A DNA stretch of 64,000 nt. Origin: Nemertoderma westbladi (Eukaryota; Animalia; Xenacoelomorpha). Shown one piece after another: positions 1 through 12,769 of this stretch. The position numbers and the translations under genes are program-made. Numbering within the stretch: the first letter of the stretch is position 1; each line of letters begins with the position of its first letter. Below the pieces are notes generated by a model. It was not told where the DNA came from. It was given only the letters and a program-made list of their open reading frames with translations, and searched no databases. The stretch spans positions 1-64,000 of the forward strand of contig JAUCBJ010007043.1 in NCBI GenBank assembly GCA_032718475.1. Direction: 5' to 3'.

Positions 1-1221
1 CACACCCACCCCATCCCCATACTCCAGCCTACATCCACACCCACCCCACCCCCATACTCCAGCCTACATCCACACACACCCACCCCACCCCCATACTCCA
101 GCCTACATCCACACACTCCCACCCCACCCCCATACTCCAGCCTACATCCACCACACCCACCCCACCCCCATACTCCAGCCTACATCCACCCACACCCACC
201 CCACCCCCATACTCCAGCCTACATCCACACCCACCACCCACCCCACCCCCATACTCCAGCCTACATCCACACACTCCCACCCCACACCCATACTCCAGCC
301 TACATCCACACCACCCACCCACCCCACCCCCATACTCCAGCCTACATCCACACCCACCCACCCCACACCCATACTCCAGCCTACATCCACACACACCCAC
401 CCGACCCCCATACTCCAGCCTACATTCACACCCACCCACCCCACACCCATACTCCAGCCTACATCCACACACACCCACCCCACCCCCATACTCCAGCCTA
501 CATCCACACACACCCACCCGACCCCCATACTCCAGCCTACATCCACACACACCCACCACACCCCCATACTCCAGCCTACATCCACACACACCCACCCCAC
601 CCCCATACTCCAGCCTACATCCCCACACACCCACCCCACCCCCATACTCCAACCTACATCCACACACACCCACCCCACCCCCATACTCCAGCCTACATCC
701 ACACACACCCACCCCACCCCCATACTCCAGCCTACATCCACACACTCCCACCCCACACCCATACTCCAGCCTACATCCTCCCACACCCACCCCACCCCCA
801 TACTCCAGCCTACATCCACACCCACCCACCCCACCCCCATACTCCAGCCTACATCCACACCCACCCACCCCACCCCCATACTCCAGCCTACATCCACACA
901 CTCCCACCCCACACCCATACTCCAGCCTACATCCACACACACCCACCCCACCCCCATACTCCAGCCTACATCCACACACACCCACCCCACCCCCATACTC
1001 CAGCCGACATCCACACACACACCCACCCGACCCCCATACTCCAGCCTACATCCACACACACCCACCCCACCCCCATACTCCAGCCTACATCCCCACACAC
1101 CCACCCCACCCCCATACTCCAACCTACATCCACACACACCCACCCCACCCCCATACTCCAGCCTACATCCACACACACCCACCCCACCCCCATACTCCAG
1201 CCTACATCCACACACTCCCAC
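1..1221. repeat. C/A-rich 39-bp minisatellite (CCCCATACTCCAGCCTACATCCACACACACCCACCCCAC-like), probably inside a Delta intron; runs off the window start
   Basis: AGCCTACATC recurs at 61 and 100 (period 39). The minus-strand ORFs are 13-aa repeats (GGGVGVCGCRLEY), consistent with that period. Confidence 0.95.
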
Positions 1222-1581
1222 CTTTATGAATTCACTGCGGACTGTAAAATGTACTGTTACACAGCTGTAAAATAATATAAAAAATGTCACAATGATATAG
1301 AGCCGTAGGTATTGATCCATTTATATCTACATGAAATTGTACTTATGTACCTTAATCACGACCATTTGACAACCTAACAATCGAATTATTTTGAGAGCCA
1401 TTAGAATATTGACTCATAATAAAATAAATATTGCATATTGCCAATAAAGTACAAACAACTTGGTGTTGGAACGTACATACTTGACATGGTCGGAAAGGGT
1501 GAATGAATGTTATTACGAGACCAACTATCGTGAAATCAACCCTCGACCCTAAATCACACATAATTGTTTATTGCTTTGCAG

Positions 1582-1757
1582 ACCTCACCTTCTGCAGCCA
1601 TTATACACCTTGTCTCAATGGTGGAACATGTACCAATTCTGGTCGCGGAAGTTACACGTGCAAATGTCCAATTGGTTGGAATGGAACCAACTGTGAAACG
1701 CAAGTAAATGACTGTCGCGACACTCCAACACCATGTAAAAACGGAGGAACATGTCAG
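1582..1757 (+). CDS. Delta: Delta (DSL Notch ligand) internal exon: EGF3 and start of EGF4
   Basis: tttgcAG acceptor at 1580-1581 and CAG|GT donor at 1758. Encodes (D)LTFCSHYTPCLNGGTCTNSGRGSYTCKCPIGWNGTNCETQVNDC..., which resembles the DLNYCTHHKPC EGF3 of Delta/DLL1. Confidence 0.9.
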
Positions 1758-2080
1758 GTTTGTACTCCAGTACAGCTTTGATTGGCTCATTATGAATTAG
1801 TATTTTTTAGGTCCGCGTAGCGAGACCTCTAGTATTCCCTCCGTTGTTGTTTTTGTTGTTGGTGTTGTTAATTTCTTGTGAATTTATATTCCGGTAAATG
1901 TTTTTCTTTTTGTTGTAAGATTGGTAGTAAGCCATTCAAGGAGAGAGTTCATGCGTTAGTAGACGCAGAGCTTTATGCGATTTCGCGCTTGTTTTAATTA
2001 AATGTACGTTGGCCCGTGTAAGGTGTCTAGAGTTTATGATAGTATGTTTTCATTAATAATAATGATATTTTGACTTTTAG

Positions 2081-2303
2081 GATTCTCACAACAGCTACTA
2101 TTGTGCTTGTCTGCCTGGCTACTCCGGTATCAGCTGCGAGTTTTACGGCTCATCTTGCGAGCAACAACCATGTCGCAACGGGGCCTTTTGCGTTGACAAC
2201 GGTGATTCATTCAAGGGTTACAGTTGTAGTTGTTTACCCGGTTACCAGGGTGATAACTGCGAGGTCCCAATCCCGCAATGCAGTTCAGATCCCTGCTTAA
2301 ATG
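2081..2303 (+). CDS. Delta: Delta internal exon: end of EGF4, EGF5, start of EGF6 (not in the supplied ORF track)
   Basis: ttttAG acceptor at 2079-2080 and G|GTGAG donor at 2304. Translates DSHNSYYCACLPGYSGISCEFYGSSCEQQPCRNGAFCVDNGDSFKGYSCSCLPGYQGDNCEVPIPQCSSDPCLNG. Phases match both neighbouring exons. Confidence 0.9.
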
Positions 2304-2691
2304 GTGAGGCAATTAATTATTAGTTATATTGTTGTAATAAGTTGAACAAGAATCGCAAAAACCCAATATAAACTACTACTACTACGATCGGCATGCTGCA
2401 TTGCAGCTGCATTATATATATTACATATATATTAAGAATGGTGTGCAGGCTTGTCGACAATATTGCGCGGCCACAACTCCCTATCACCCATGACAGTTGC
2501 TAGATCATCCGCATCTTCAAGGCCAGTGTCCTTTAAGATGCGTCCCATCTCAAGAAAGTTGTCTTACTTGCCATGCATATTCACTCCAAAGCACAAGATT
2601 ATGCACTGGCTGGTTCTCACGGCGAGAGCAATGTCCATGTCTACGGCATGTGCGACACAGCCCCACTCTATCTATTTATTTTACGTTACAG

Positions 2692-3830
2692 GCGGGCAAT
2701 GCGTTGAGAAAGATGGATCTTTCCATTGCGTCTGTCAAGCGGGATATGGAGGCGATCGCTGCGAAGAGAACGTGGACAACTGCGAGGATTCCCCATGTCT
2801 GAACGGGGGGATTTGCTACGACGGAGATAACTCGTTCACGTGTCAGTGCACGGAACACTTCTCAGGCTCTGTGTGTGAACACGGCGTAGACAAGTGCATA
2901 TTCAATCCGTGTACGAATGGGGGAACATGCGTCGACGAACCAACAGACTTTAAATGCATATGCCCACCGATATTCGCGGGTAAAACATGCGGTGAACTCG
3001 CCACGAGCAGTTGTTTAAACAACCCTTGCCGCAACGGGGGCACCTGTCGCGACTCTTTCATCGGGTTTGAGTGCATCTGCACGGCGGGTTTCACGGGGGA
3101 GGTCTGCAACACTGCGGTCGTGTCTCCCGGAACGCAAGACGCCCAGGACGCTCTGACACCTCCGGAACCGTGGTCACACTACGGCGTTCTGTCCCGCGAC
3201 CAACAGATCGCTATATACTCGGCGCTGGGAGCGCTAATTCTTATTCTCGTACTCTGCGTTCTGTTTCTGCTGTACAGACGGACTAAGTCGAACCGTCGGA
3301 AACGGGATGAACTAAACATTTCCACGACGTCATCTATTGACTCGTCAACCCCGGTTACAATCATGAACAATACTACTAATAGTCTGTATACAGAGAAACT
3401 TTCCAATATTAGAAAGAGTAAGGATATTAATAGCAAACTCGATAATTCGTATTACTCGCGGGCGGACAAAAGCGTAAGCGATAAGTTGGGTCTAAACGCG
3501 GGTGATTATTCGTCGCAAAAACAAATGAGTCCGTTGCCTAACAGAACTCCGGAAGGCATATCGTACACGGGCCCTCCGTGCAACAAAGCCAAAGAGTTAA
3601 ACTATTCGCTTAATATATCGAGCAACTTGGATTCCAGTACAATAAACTCGAACCGTTTACTAGACGAGATTGTCGTTAAGACGTCCAATAATAGTGCGAG
3701 TAACTCGTCGAACCAGAGATTCATCTGCAGCGTGACTGCAACTGAGTCCTCCTTAGCTATGAATTCCTCGCCAACTTCTCAGGAAACCGGTGTGTCTAGA
3801 AGCGAAACCGAGCAGAAGTTTACCACTGAG
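2692..3830 (+). CDS. Delta: Delta large exon: EGF6-9, transmembrane helix and intracellular domain
   Basis: ttacAG acceptor, phase 1 (G|GC GGG CAA TGC). Contains EGF repeats, then TM IAIYSALGALILILVLCVLFLLY, basic stop-transfer RRTKSNRRKR and an MNN motif. Ends ...FTTE at a GAG|GTTAGT donor. No von Willebrand C domain before the TM, so Delta rather than Serrate/Jagged. Confidence 0.92.
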
Positions 3831-5655
3831 GTTAGTGTTTGTGCTTTTATTGTATGTGAAAGGGTAATTCGAAAGTGCAAGTGGCTGAGCTGGTTAGCGC
3901 TACTGATGAGTCCTGTTAGGCCGAAACGTACGTATAGCGCAAGTTCAACCCCCGGTGACGCGCTTTCTCATTTTGTCCACTTCTGAACAAAACCATTTAC
4001 ATTACATAATTAATTCAAATGCGTAGTTTGCCAACGTTTACTAGTGTTCGGACCCCAGTCAACCATGAAAAACATTCGAGAATATTATTTTAAATGTATC
4101 AATTAATTGTTTTAAATTTAATATTAAATCATGATTTCCACAATAAAATATGCATCTATTGAGAGGGGCAGACGAAGTAATCGCATCGATTATTAATGGC
4201 ATAGCGATGAGTGACGGCGTGGTTGTTGCTTCAATTAATTTACGGCATCTGGATCTTCCCAGGAAAATTATTGATTTAAATGCGGATTTCATGGAAATTT
4301 CTTCCTAATGCCATTATTGCCTGGTTTTAGTATATTAGCCGGGTTGGTTGGACTAGGTTGATTTTTTGTTTACCTCTCGTATCTTTCCCTCTCATACTTA
4401 CGGCCTCCGGTTGCGTGTTCGTGAAGACAGAGTACTTTTTAAGATCTTAAGCAACATAACGTGGTGGTAAGGATTACTAAGTACTTAAGATATATAACGG
4501 AAACGTCAATAATTGTTCTAGAAACACATACGTTATTAGAATTATAATGTATTGTAATAGTTATTCTTAATAAAAGTCTACAGTTCCAATACAAGCCTCA
4601 GTTGTTGTTAGAATCTGTGAGACCGACCGTATAGTTCGAACTAAAACTAAAACACAATGCAATTTCAACATATTTGTTCCTGGTAAACTGTAGTCAAGCA
4701 TCATTGATCACTACTGACCAGCTATTTATTGACAATTTTTGGAAATTTTATTGCACACATTAATTATTCAGTTGTAAGTATGTTGCCATTGTGATAGAAA
4801 GCACAATATTATATACATGCTCTGAATCAATGCCGACAGACACAGAAAAAAGGCTCCCCCCCCCCCTCCCCCACCCCATTCATTCAATCAAGGATTGTAG
4901 GGATAGAGCTGGGTTTTGGCAATGAGATGGTAGGCCTACCCTAATTAATTGTAGAAAACTCAATTAATTATATATGGCATATCCAACATTAGTTGGATTC
5001 AGGGATGTGGTGTCCTCACCAATGATAGCCCACCAAGGACTAGCAGCTCAGGCTCGACTGCTTCACGGAAAGTCCGACCTTTACCTTTAGCTACTCAATT
5101 AGGATGTTTTATGGAACCTAAATTCAAAAGCTGCCTAATTAATGACCGACAATGTATTCCATTCCATTTGTGGATGTGGAGGTCTTCTTTTCTTTCGAAC
5201 TCTTCATTTGTGGCCCCAGATGGCAGAGAAGTAGTATAACCCACATCCACCCAGAGTTGCTCAGAACCAAGTTTGGTTTCTTTTTCTCATATGTGTAAAA
5301 AGTTCCGCTCTCCCTCCAATATGCAATTGAATCAACAAAGTTGGTGTTTCGCTCATGATACACGAGACTTTATCAGATTGAGGGAAGAATATCTCCCCCC
5401 AAGAAAGAGACCCGTCCGATATTTAATCTTAACTGCAGCTAATTTAATGATGTGCTAGAATGTTTATGGGAGAATCTTTAAGGTTAATTAAGAAAAGGAA
5501 TGCCTGTTCATCACCCCATTGGGTGATCTTCTACAGTAAACCCCCCCCCCCCCCCCCCCCCCCCGCTCTATCTAGTATGTTGTAATGATTATATAAATGA
5601 GTAGCTATTTCAATGAGGTAATTGTTATCAGTTATTTTATATTTGTTTATTTCAG

Positions 5656-5661
5656 GTTTGA
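5656..5661 (+). CDS. Delta: Delta terminal coding exon (Val + stop), giving the C-terminal PDZ-binding motif TTEV*
   Basis: ttgtttatttcAG|GTT TGA. Splicing from 3830 gives ...FTTEV*, matching the ATEV* tail of vertebrate DLL1/DLL4. Confidence 0.8.
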   Translation, partial: V

Positions 5662-8092
5662 CGTCATCTATATGATGCATCCCGAACACAGATGCTCCAG
5701 TGAGAAAGAAAAAGATACTCTTTCGATATATTCCCGAATAACATTAGGTCGGAAAACGACTATTTTGATCAATAATGAGAATATAATTAATATTCAAAAT
5801 GATTACTCATTCACGGGTGTGTTACTGCGGCGTGCGGTGTAGCCGCTCGGGCAAAGTGCAATTCGGTACGGGGGAAGATATCTCGATGACAGAGGCGTCA
5901 AACTAATCGTTAAATTAGTTAATAATAATAATAATGAAAACCAACCTATATTGACCACAAACGTAAATTGAGTACATAATGCAGGAATCATTCCGGTAAA
6001 GGTTTGGTGAATGAAATTCATCCTGGGATCAAAAATAACATTGTTTGTTTGTGTCACTAGTGTTAATTTTATATTTGTTTCTGAAGTCGTGACCAGATGC
6101 GACGATATATTAATTTTTGTACTTTTAACCTTTGAAGGAACCACCAGTCTGCAGTTTAATTAGGCCTTCAGGCATGTGCTTTAAATTCTTTCATTAGATA
6201 TAATTGTAATGGATATTATTACTATTAATATTCACAAAGTGATTTTTATCGAACAGATTGATTGACTTCTAGAATAATATTGTTTTATATTACTAGGAAC
6301 TACTTTATTTTTTGGGTGTAATTTAAACCCGACAAACGCCCAGTTCCACTCGTACCAGTAGGCCTACGTAGTCTAACAGTAATCAGTATAATTATGGTTA
6401 TAATTACGTATCACGAGTATTAATTTATATGAAGTATGGTAAAAATATTGACTAATTTTATTTTTTAATAGTAATTTCCATTAATTAGTTAGTTACACAC
6501 TGCCTGATTTCTTAGAAATTTTACAAACGTTGGCTATGAATCTTAATAGATAATGTGCTAATTCTTGAAATTAATACATTTATCAAGTTGTTTTGGTAAG
6601 CTGAATTTACCACAAGCAAAATTTTGTATATATCATTGATTTTTTTAATACAAACTTAATTATGAAGGATTGTCTTGCCTTAACCTGCATTAACCTGCCT
6701 TTTCTAAAGAGACATACAGACTTCGTGACTCTCTGTGAACGGAAACAAAAAGACATGGGTTTCTCGGAATAGTGATTCATGTGAACGGTGTGACCCTCAG
6801 ACCTCATCCATTTTTATTTTCTAAACAAAACAACAAACTCACAGCTACAGATCGTTGATATGTCATGTTATTCTTGTCTGTATTTAAACCCGTGTCAGAA
6901 GATATGGCGCCAAACCTTCCATCTATGTGAAACACAAACATAGCAGAGTCTCATCTGATTCTGATGGATATGTAAGAGAGGCAAGTTCCAAACGGTTTCC
7001 GAATCCCCTCTGACTACCAATCAGTCTACCCATGTCTTTCACTAATCCTAATCTCAAGACCAACTCATACTGTCATGTCATACACTATCTTCTTTCTGAC
7101 ATAGGACTCCTCACGCCCTACTTTTTTATTGCTTCTTGCTTGATATTCTTTATGCACAGAGATGCGAAGGTCGACCGACCATCACAATACTTTCTATTAT
7201 TTATTTGGCTTCTGAATATCCATAGTGATGGCTCTTCATAATCTAAGTGGACAATAAAGGCCGGCCGGCTTCACTGGCGTTTTGTCATCGAAATTTCCCC
7301 CGTGCTCCTCTCTAACTAAGAATATAAGACAACGTATAGTGAGTTCCTCCAGTTCTTAACATTTTCCGACGGACGCCTATTATATTTTGAGGAAGTCTGT
7401 TCCATAGAAAAGGCCCTAAACCCTTGATGCATGGAGGCCTTTCGACCTATGTCCCGGTAGTATTGTATGTGCCCAATAACTGATGGAGTGTAGTTTACCC
7501 GCGGTTGCGCTAATACAACCATCTGTCGGCATTTATAGGCATTATCGCTGCTACTGTAAGCGTAGATTTGCTTAATGTTGCGGCTGCCTGGCTAACGTTG
7601 GTCATTGACTCCACTGTACATGGCCGTATTCCCGTATCCACCATTTGTGAGTAATTCCTCGTTTTGATGCTAGGTGGCTCTTGTTAGAGCTGTATAGTAT
7701 AAGGTCTTGCGGTTGCTCTTTCCACTGGTCGTACAGAATGTATATTGTTTCATGCGTATTGGGAATTACAGAGCTCATATAAAGTTCGTAGTTTTCCATG
7801 GGTGAATTAGTAGGTGAGCATGTAACATGTGGTAGTTTGAATATAATTATAAATGTATAAGACCCTTGAGACAAAGTGTGCAGTCATAGGAGTCAACTAA
7901 CATACTGTAAAATGCATCAGCCATCCAACCAGCTGTCTACAGCCTCTGTTCTCTCCCGTACGATGACGCATCAGCATTCATTCCTCAGTATACGCTGTGT
8001 GGCGGAAACTTACAATAAAACAATAAAAATATGCCATTAATATGTGGATTAAAGGTTAAACGATCGTACGACGCGTAAATTGATATTGATAC

Positions 8093-8175
8093 AGACAACT
8101 TGTGTCCGTACAACTCGTGTCCGTACAATCGTGTCCGTACAACTCGTGTCCGAACAATCGTGTCCGTATAACTCA
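8093..8175. repeat. Short 14-15-bp tandem repeat (ACAACTCGTGTCCGT), about 5 copies
   Basis: Directly visible; could be the subterminal repeat of a DNA transposon. Confidence 0.7.
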
Positions 8176-9580
8176 TCTCCAGAATCGAGTCTGTAAATCT
8201 AACCAGTGTATTTGAGTTATAGTTTATGATCTATTGATACTAAATTTTACAAAATATTATTATTGTAAAACACATTGGGCTTTCTAAAGAACACACAGAA
8301 AGAACACTTAAAATTGAAGGTTAAATTCAGCTTTATACTTTTACTATACATATATTCGGTAAATGTGCAGCAACTGTTAGCTACGATCTTATTTGAGTTT
8401 GATGACGTTTTCTAATTTCTAATGTAATATAAGGTATTTAATTAAACATATATGACTATAGAATACTTTACATACATGTGCTGTGCCTATTTTTAATGAA
8501 TATTAAATTAACTATTTTGGTGTAATAAATACAGTAAGTTGGTACCGGTATGTAGCTAGTCCTTCAAGTGTACCTTCAAACTGAAACTTGTCATGGAATA
8601 CCAGATGGAGAACTAGTGGAGATTTAAATCTGCAAACCGCGTAAATGACTTGCCCCATATTTCCAATTGTCACTTAAATTCATAGGTTAGGTCTACTGTT
8701 TTGATCTTATTGGGGAATCCATCACTCAGCCGCGGAAAATAAAATTTGATATATTATTTCTAGTTTTGGGTTATTTTTTTAAGCGTTTTTAAACTTTGAT
8801 AATCAAATAGAACATTAGTTCTATTCAAACGATGTTTTTATTGTTTATTCTTATATATTTTTACATGTACGGCTATGTCTAGTATTCCATGACCCTCATC
8901 ATTTTGTTGCCTATTTCAATACTGCCCGAAGATCTCCAGAAATATGGATACTGCCTAGGAAATAAATAGTTTATTATGATTTTTGTTGTACATAAATATT
9001 AATTGACTTTTATGAGTTTTTGATCGTATTTACGCGAATCTAATATTATTATAAAACATAAAACCCACCCGCAATTTAACTTTCTTTTAAATTATATTCG
9101 TGTCAATAGAATATCCCATGGCGAATAAGTTAGATGTTAGATTGGATTTATCTATATCATCGCGGTTACGTTTACCTAACTAAGCCCTCAAAAAAATAGC
9201 TTATTTTTTGCTTTCAAAATTAAAAAAAAATAAAAGATAATCTTTGAACTCTTGACACTGGGACGTCACATCAGTCAGTCTGAATACGAATAATACCGTC
9301 TGTAATAAGATATAATAATGTCTGTTTTAATAACAGAAGAGGATAATACTTCAAACATATTATTATTGAATGGGTTTAATCTGACATTTATGTATTAACC
9401 TCAATTACGTGGAAATGACTTTACTGTTTGTTGTGACACTTTTAGTCGAGACGGGGGTGTAGGGCGTGACTTGGCGCAAATCCCTTATAATAATGCGCGA
9501 ATTAACCTTGACAATTATTATGAATTGAGGGAAAGGAGCAGGTTGTAGTGACACGTTATTCTAACAAAAACAATAAACTA

Positions 9581-10770
9581 AGCCAATAGAATGGGTTACA
9601 GGTTTATTTTTGGGACACCAATAGAACGGATAACAGGTTTATTTTTGGGAAGCCAATAGAACGGATAACAGGTTTATTTTTGGGAAGCCAATAGAACGGA
9701 TAACAGGTTTATTTTTGGGAAGCCAATAGAACGGATAACAGGTTTATTTTTGGGAAGCCAATAGAACGGATAACAGGTTTATTTTTGGGAAGCCAATAGA
9801 ACGGATAACAGGTTTATTTTTGGGAAGCCAATAGAACGGATAACAGGTTTATCTTTGGGAAGCCAATAGAACCGATAACATGTTTATTTTTGGGTAGCCA
9901 ATGGAACGGATAACAGGTTTATTTTTGGGAAGCCAATAGAACGGATAACTGGTTTATTTTTGGGAAGCCAATATAACGGATAACTGGATTATTTTTGGGA
10001 AGCCAATAGAACGGATAACAGGTTTATTTTTGGGAAGCCAATAGAACGGATAACAGGTTTATCTTTGGGAAGCCAATAGAACGGATAACAGGTTTATTTT
10101 TGGGAAGCCAATAGAACGGATAACAGGTTTATTTTTGGGAAGCCAATAGAACGGATAACTGGTTTATTTTTGGGAAGCCAATAGAACGGATAACTGGTTT
10201 ATTTTTGGGAAGCCAATAGAACGGATAACAGGTTTATTTTTGGGAAGCCAATAGAACGGATAACTGGTTTATTTTTGGGAAGCCAATAGAACGGATAACT
10301 GGTTTATTTTTGGGAAGCCAATAGAACGGATAACAGGTTTATTTTTGGGAAGCCAATAGAACGGATAACAGGTTTATTTTTGGGAAGCCAATAGAACGGA
10401 TAACAGGTTTATTTTTGGGAAGCCAATAGAACGGATAACAGGTTTATTTTTGGGAAGCCAATAGAACGGATAACAGGTTTATTTTTGGGAAGCCAATAGA
10501 ACGGATAACAGGTTTATTTTTGGGAAGCCAATAGAACGGATAACTGGTTTATTTTTGGGAAGCCAATAGAACGGATAACAGGTTTATTTTTGGGAAGCCA
10601 ATAGAACGGATAACATGTTTATTTTTGGGAAGCCAATAGAACGGATAACAGGTTTATTTTTGGGAAGCCAATAGAACGGATAACAGGTTTATTTTTGGGA
10701 AGCCAATAGAACGGATAACAGGTTTATTTTTGGGAAGCCAATAGAACGGATAACAGGTTTATTTTTGGGA
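9581..10770. repeat. 35-bp minisatellite (AGCCAATAGAACGGATAACAGGTTTATTTTTGGGA), about 34 copies
   Basis: Period 35 (9651 to 9686), near-identical units. Confidence 0.97.
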
Positions 10771-11802
10771 GTAATCAGCTGTCATTTGCATCGATTTTCC
10801 ATATTTGCATCAGTCCGAGCCGGGCTATATATACACTGGGTTCTGGGGGCCCAGTGCTATTGATTAATAATTTGTATCGGATTTATAGATTTGCGGTTCC
10901 TTCGGGTGGTGTTTTCCAATAAATTGTATGGATTTTGTGGTTCAGTCCAAGTATATTCGCAAGGCATTATATATCCGCTCGCTGTAAGTTCCGGTTCAAT
11001 TGTCTTCATAGCAGCTTGTAACACATGTTGGTGTGACTAGTCGTTTATTGTTTTGGCCGTTATTGTCACTGTTGCTTTACTAAGCAATGGAAACATGCCG
11101 TGTACGTAAAGGTAAGACTTGTCGTGCATTAAATAAATTGTCAAGTGGATGGAAATCTCCTAGTCGGAATATCCGCAGCACCAATAGTCAATAGAGCATC
11201 CAATAATATTTTGCACAACATCGTTAATATCACATTGCCAGCGTTAAACCGACGCGCGTGACCCCATGCTTGTTCTACAAGAGGGAACATGGAGATCAGG
11301 AATGCCATTCCAGAAACAAATGGTATTCCTGAGACGTTAGTCGATGGATAGAGTTCAAATAAAACCGTGTTAGTGCAGTAATTTAACGCATCTGCATAAC
11401 ATAACAATCCAATGACGTTTGGCGCATTTGTTTGCGCCCACGCTGTTACGGTGACATTTAAAAACATTATTATAACGGCTCTCGGATGCGTAGCTTTTTG
11501 ATGTCACGCCGAGTTGTAATATTAATAAAGTTGGTAATCCGTAGCCCTATAGCTTTGGGTAATCTGTGTTCCTGCTCAGCATCCCTTGAACCATTATTGC
11601 GAAGGGAAAACCTTTATTTAAATCAATAATAATAACCGGTATTGCTTCTTGTAGTAGCGAAACTCATATTTTTGTTTGACATGCGGCTTTCCTCCATAGG
11701 TAACTATCGATCGCTGCGCCGACAATATGGATATAACCTAACCCTTAGTTAACGCTGGTATTATTATTATATTTATTATTTATCTGACTTGGTTTAATAA
11801 AA

Positions 11803-11818
11803 CGCCGCTAGAGGGCAG
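11803..11818 (+). promoter_or_regulatory. CTCF-like motif (CCGCTAGAGGGCAG)
   Basis: Close match to the CTCF core consensus. Motif evidence only. Confidence 0.4.
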
Positions 11819-12269
11819 ATGTTCTGTATCACGGCACCTTTTTCGAACATTTTCACCATAGAAACGTATTTAAATCAATCCTCTGTCTGCTAATATTTTA
11901 AATTCTCTTAGAAGCGACTACATTAGGATTTCCTACATTTTAAAGCAAACAATTATTTTTAATATTACTTGTGCTTATCTGACGTCGGTAGGCCAACATT
12001 GTTGCTATTGCAATACTCGCTCTATACAGCAGGTCTATGGTACATGTTACGAAAGTTGAAATATTATTTTTGTGAAACTTTAACCAACACAAATAAACTG
12101 TGTTAACTCCTCTACTCTTTATTGTCTTTTTCCATTTAGTTTTACCTAGAAAGATTAAATATTCGGCCCTAACAAAATTAGTTACGTCACACGTCACATA
12201 AATAGAACGCACGCGACTTTGTGTTTCAATAGCCGAGGCCTTTGAAGTCATTTTCTCAAAATAGTATTG

Positions 12270-12672
12270 TCGCTAGCTGGCTCGTGCCCAAACTTATTGG
12301 CCCAGATACAAACCAGCCGATATGTGAGCCAAAGCAGGGCCCATAACTCCCCCGTTATTCTTATAGTTTATTGATTTATAAGCGGCGTATGAGTCACAGC
12401 GCTGGCCTTTAAACTATGTTAGGTGCGCACGGGACTGGGTATTAGCCCCGTCTAAGGGCCCCATCGTCTATTGTTCTGTCCACGTGCTGCACCTGTAGTT
12501 CTAACTATCGCGTGATCCTTAATCTTACACACAACCATTTTAAGGGGGGCCAAACCGGTTTGCTAATTTAAGGCACGCGACACCAACAGCTAGCTAATAA
12601 ATTAGTCATTGGGAAGCCCCACACGTGGGCAGTATACTGTCGCTAGCTATTGTTTCTGAAGACATGGGGCCC
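12270..12672. promoter_or_regulatory. Candidate Delta 3' cis-regulatory module (cluster of bHLH sites)
   Basis: Relatively GC-rich unique island with two CACGTG (about 12481 and 12622), CACCTG (about 12490), GGCACGCGAC (12572-12581), TGAGTCA and TGGGAA. Confidence 0.35.
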
Positions 12673-12769
12673 AAAATTATTTTAAATGTCTCATAAAACT
12701 TATCGTATTGAAGGTTAATTGGTATCGCAACCAAAGGTTAGGTCGCGAAGTAAACTACCGTATCAACGG

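Noticed and set aside
29-1320. Long Gly/Val/Cys-rich ORFs resembling keratin-associated or shell proteins
   Set aside because: They are translations of a 39-bp minisatellite that is open in two frames, antisense within a probable Delta intron.
2451-2691. N-terminal 80 aa of the 511-aa ORF
   Set aside because: Intronic. EGF homology and a phase-compatible acceptor begin at 2692.
6900-7900. Possible old retroelement remnants downstream of Delta
   Set aside because: I could not read a convincing motif by eye, so the region is left unannotated.
9581-10770. Array of TGGGAA as multimerised Su(H)/CSL sites near Delta
   Set aside because: The context is TTTGGGAA rather than the YGTGRGAA consensus, and the array derives from a dispersed repeat.
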